From an uncultured Lichenihabitans sp. (GTDB taxonomy: Bacteria > Pseudomonadota > Alphaproteobacteria > Rhizobiales > Beijerinckiaceae), in NCBI GenBank assembly GCA_965214415.1, contig CBDCBQ010000003.1:162091-226090 (forward strand): a stretch of 64,000 nucleotides of DNA. The letters run 5' to 3'. Below the pieces are notes generated by a model. It was not told where the DNA came from and ran no database searches. It saw nothing but the letters and a program-made list of their open reading frames with translations. Shown here one piece after another: positions 63,740 through 64,000 of the stretch. The position numbers and the translations under genes are program-made. Every line of letters begins with the position of its first letter. Position 1 is the stretch's first letter.

Positions 63740-64000
63740 CTATGACATTCCGCGTCGCCAGCGCGCGAAGTGATCGACCGGCCCGGGGCCGTGCCCGACG
63801 GCGAGACGGTCGGCGCCAGCAAGCGCCTCGCTCAAATAAGCCTTGGCCGCCACGACAGCCTGCCGCAGGTCGGCGCCTTTCGCCAGCTGGGCGGCAATCG
63901 CGGACGACAGGGTGCAGCCGGTCCCGTGCGTGTTGCGCGTGGCGATCCGGGGCGCCGACAGCCAGATCGGGCCGGCAGCGTCGAGCAGCAGGTCCTCGGC
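63740..64000 (-). CDS. thiD: Hydroxymethylpyrimidine/phosphomethylpyrimidine kinase (C-terminal fragment; 5' end outside window)
   Basis: The reverse complement encodes ...RIATRNTHGTGCTLSSAIAAQLAKGADLRQAVVAAKAYLSEAL...GHGPGPVDHF*. Confidence 0.85.
   Translation of the reverse strand, partial: AEDLLLDAAGPIWLSAPRIATRNTHGTGCTLSSAIAAQLAKGADLRQAVVAAKAYLSEALAGADRLAVGHGPGPVDHFARWRRGMS

Overview
High-GC alphaproteobacterial chromosome segment (Rhizobiales-like purple phototroph; the species cannot be determined from sequence alone). It is densely coding and I found no rRNA, tRNA, CRISPR array, transposase or integrase. Content in order: (1) the end of a photosynthesis gene cluster, bchC(partial)-bchXYZ, a pufQ-like ORF, pufBALMC, then a strong palindromic terminator; (2) a heme oxygenase, a GNAT acetyltransferase and a NitT/TauT-type ABC importer; (3) a lanthanide-type methanol dehydrogenase island, xoxF-xoxG-xoxJ, two unknown exported proteins, and pqqABCDE (pqqA is absent from the ORF track and was found by reading the strand); (4) an OmpR/histidine-kinase pair and a ped/lut-type PQQ-associated transporter operon (SBP, YVTN beta-propeller, ABC ATPase, ABC-2 permease) followed by four uncharacterised exported proteins; (5) carbon-storage and Entner-Doudoroff genes (pgm, eda, edd, glgC, glgA) interrupted by a response regulator, an ECF sigma/anti-sigma pair and a decayed MntA/HepT toxin-antitoxin cassette; (6) a porin, a GlcG-like exported protein and a complete type II secretion cluster (gspD-O-F-G-H-I-J-K-E-L-M-C/N), whose secretin is read out of frame for about 125 nt; (7) a peroxiredoxin, GH15, an MBL hydrolase, a multiply frameshifted htrA-like pseudogene, a yeiH-type transporter, a GH13 alpha-glucosidase, a transglutaminase-like protein, hemH and a thiD fragment. 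The best candidate for undescribed biology is the tail of unknown exported proteins coupled to the lanthanide/PQQ-associated transporter, together with the unknown pair wedged between xoxFGJ and pqq. All apparent frameshifts lie between 37.7 and 58.5 kb, several of them at short runs of identical or G/C bases, so assembly indel errors must be excluded before they are called pseudogenes.
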